A stretch of 61,769 nucleotides of DNA, the filler included, from Catajapyx aquilonaris (Eukaryota): NCBI GenBank assembly GCA_000934665.2. It is 3 parts of 3 records of this genome, joined end to end, with 100 filler letters (N's around TTAATTAATTAA, not from the genome) between each part and the next. Parts side by side here need not be neighbours in the genome. Positions count along the whole stretch, not along the records: positions 41,239 to 61,769 come from JYFJ02006246.1; 2 more parts are not named here. One strand, given 5' to 3'. A program made the position numbers and the translations under genes. Position 1 is the stretch's first letter, and every line of letters begins with the position of its first letter. This document shows positions 60,920 through 61,769 of the stretch, piece after piece. The notes beneath the pieces are model-generated. The model saw only the letters and a program-made list of their open reading frames with translations, did no database searches and had not been told where the DNA came from.

Positions 60920-61044
60920 GTGAAGATGCTAGGCAAAGGTGGGGTATGTTACGAGAAATATTATACTATAGGTAAAAAGATGAAGTGAGTGACAAAGGTT
61001 ATTCACAATGGCACTTATCTATTCACTCATATTTGGCACAACTC

Positions 61045-61397
61045 GGGGGAGGTGTGGTGGCCGTGATGGTAACGTCTCGGCTTGCTGTGTGAAAGGCCCC
61101 AGGTTCGATCCCCGCCTGGGGAACTTTCCTTTCACCTGCATCAGGAGGGTCTCTGACCTGCACCAAGGAGGTGTCTGGCAACCTAACCTCCTGGGGAACA
61201 GCACATGACCCCTTTGCAGACGTGCACCTTTCACTCATGTTCCCTCCCCAAAAATCCCTTTCCTTTCCCCATGTCCTTTCATCCTTGCACCGGAGTTAGA
61301 AGAAAAAAAAGTAGAAAATTGAAGGAGATGGTGGTATTCCACCCCTCTATAAGGGCCTATGGCCCTAGCGTTAAAAAATATATATATATATATATAT

Positions 61398-61449
<52 letters not shown>
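61045..61449 (+). mobile_element. tRNA-derived SINE, family A, young insertion
   Basis: 16-bp TSD ATATTTGGCACAACTC (61029-61044) / ATATCTGGCACAACTC (61450-61465); A, (TA)n and (ATA)n tail; empty site at ~50935-50951. Confidence 0.95.
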
Positions 61450-61452
<3 letters not shown>

Positions 61453-61616
61453 TCTGGCACAACTCATCCAGGCCAATACTCAATGGCTGCCAAAGGTCAC
61501 TGCTACAAGCCTGAGGCATGCAGATTAGAAAGGTCCCAATTATATTTATATGGTCCAACTATACTGTACAGTGCTGGACATATTAGCCGTCGCTGAATGT
61601 TTTTTTCCGGCGGCGG

Positions 61617-61738
61617 CGGCGGCGTTACCTGGCAACCCCGTCCGGGGGGCCAATTCAAACATCAGCCCAATGGAAGCGCTCTCCATGTGCTGATGTTTGA
61701 ATTGGCCAGCCGTACGGGGTTGCCAGGTAACGCCGCCG
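61617..61738. repeat. GC-rich hairpin (MITE core)
   Basis: CGGCGGCGTTACCTGGCAACCCCGT...CCAATTCAAACATCAGC / GCTGATGTTTGAATTGG...ACGGGGTTGCCAGGTAACGCCGCCG; related arms at ~112-153 and ~54645-54691. Confidence 0.75.
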
Positions 61739-61769
61739 TAGCAGCATGGCTCTAGCACGGGGTAGCTAA

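Larger units (their letters stand above)
58277..61525 (+). repeat. Segmental duplication copy B
   Basis: Collinear with 48313-51011, plus an inserted SINE and a ~68-bp extra segment after the stop. Confidence 0.92.

Overview
AT-rich (roughly 39% GC by eye), repeat-dense eukaryotic DNA, most likely arthropod/hexapod, from a scaffold with two 100-bp N gaps containing a TTAATTAATTAA linker. Host genes: (1) a large N-terminal coding exon of a spinophilin/neurabin-type gene on the - strand (17676-18592); (2) a divergent ionotropic chemoreceptor (IR) with a short signal-peptide exon (44213-44269) and one long exon (45693-47627); (3) a tandem cluster of three SPOP/Tdpoz-like MATH-BTB genes, two of which lie in a ~2.7-3.2 kb segmental duplication. 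The rest is mostly mobile DNA: a 5'-truncated Utopia/NeSL-clade RLE non-LTR retrotransposon beside a 72-bp tandem repeat, about four families of tRNA-derived SINEs (several with clean TSDs, one with an empty paralogous site) and many MITE/foldback elements. These include a 1931-bp hAT-like foldback with 819-bp arms and two ~50-bp hairpin elements with perfect 8-bp TSDs. All calls come from reading motifs and repeats by eye; no searches were run, so family names are inferences and some boundaries are approximate.
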